Positions 63,896-64,000 of a stretch of DNA of 64,000 nt are shown piece after piece. The translations under genes were made by a program, and so were the position numbers. Location: the NCBI RefSeq assembly GCF_024706985.1, contig NZ_JAMCCX010000018.1, positions 1 to 64,000 on the forward strand, written 5' to 3'. The stretch's first letter is position 1; each line of letters begins with the position of its first letter. The DNA is from Alicyclobacillus sp. SP_1. GTDB taxonomy: Bacteria > Bacillota > Bacilli > Alicyclobacillales > Alicyclobacillaceae. Under the pieces are notes generated by a model, which was not told the origin of the DNA, did no database searches, and saw nothing but the letters and a program-made list of their open reading frames with translations.

Positions 63896-64000
63896 GCAGT
63901 CAGACATCGGTGGTGCGGACGTTGCCGATTTCAATTTAGGCCCTCATGCCATCTTAGCAACGACATGGCAAGGTTTCCAATGTATAAAATCTCAGACGTG

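Overview
This 64 kb window is GC-rich (about 55-60%) with Firmicutes-type gene organisation. Evidence for that placement: GGAGG Shine-Dalgarno sites, SLH and LysM/NlpC-P60 wall proteins, Bce-type ABC module, KatG; likely a Bacillales or Alicyclobacillus-like chromosome. Coding is dense on both strands.

Core, ordinary content:
- a threonine-synthase-like PLP enzyme
- an oxyanion (tungstate/molybdate-type) ABC transporter with a dedicated HTH-PBP regulator
- an acyl-CoA synthetase
- a nagB-nagA-nanR(RpiR)-nanE-nanK amino-sugar cluster followed by Gfo/Idh/MocA oxidoreductases and a TIM-barrel isomerase
- DNA-repair genes (AlkA, SRAP), glpK, katG
- two two-component systems, one of them a BceRS-BceAB-type peptide-antibiotic sensing and efflux module
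- MFS, TetR and NmrA genes

Most notable loci:
1. A clear cobalamin riboswitch at 12.87-13.16 kb, with an intrinsic-terminator expression platform. It controls an operon of a secreted DUF4430 (transcobalamin beta-domain-like) protein, an EcfT, a fused double ECF ATPase, a putative S component, and a secreted prenyltransferase/squalene-cyclase-like alpha-toroid protein. Together this looks like a predicted, not experimentally characterised, CbrTUV-type B12 ECF importer with a possibly 'split transcobalamin' extracellular capture pair.
2. A low-GC mobile island at about 35.5-39.6 kb. It holds an IS21 istB remnant with an internal stop, a Dam-family m6A methyltransferase with a 426-aa PD-(D/E)xK endonuclease partner, a frameshifted IS1634-family transposase (GYSKDHRPDLKQ motif) and a 3' remnant of a second Dam paralog.
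3. An ECF sigma factor translationally coupled to a 413-aa soluble repeat protein that has no canonical anti-sigma features.

No rRNA, tRNA or CRISPR arrays were found. Several candidate operators (direct and inverted repeats) and intrinsic terminators are listed.
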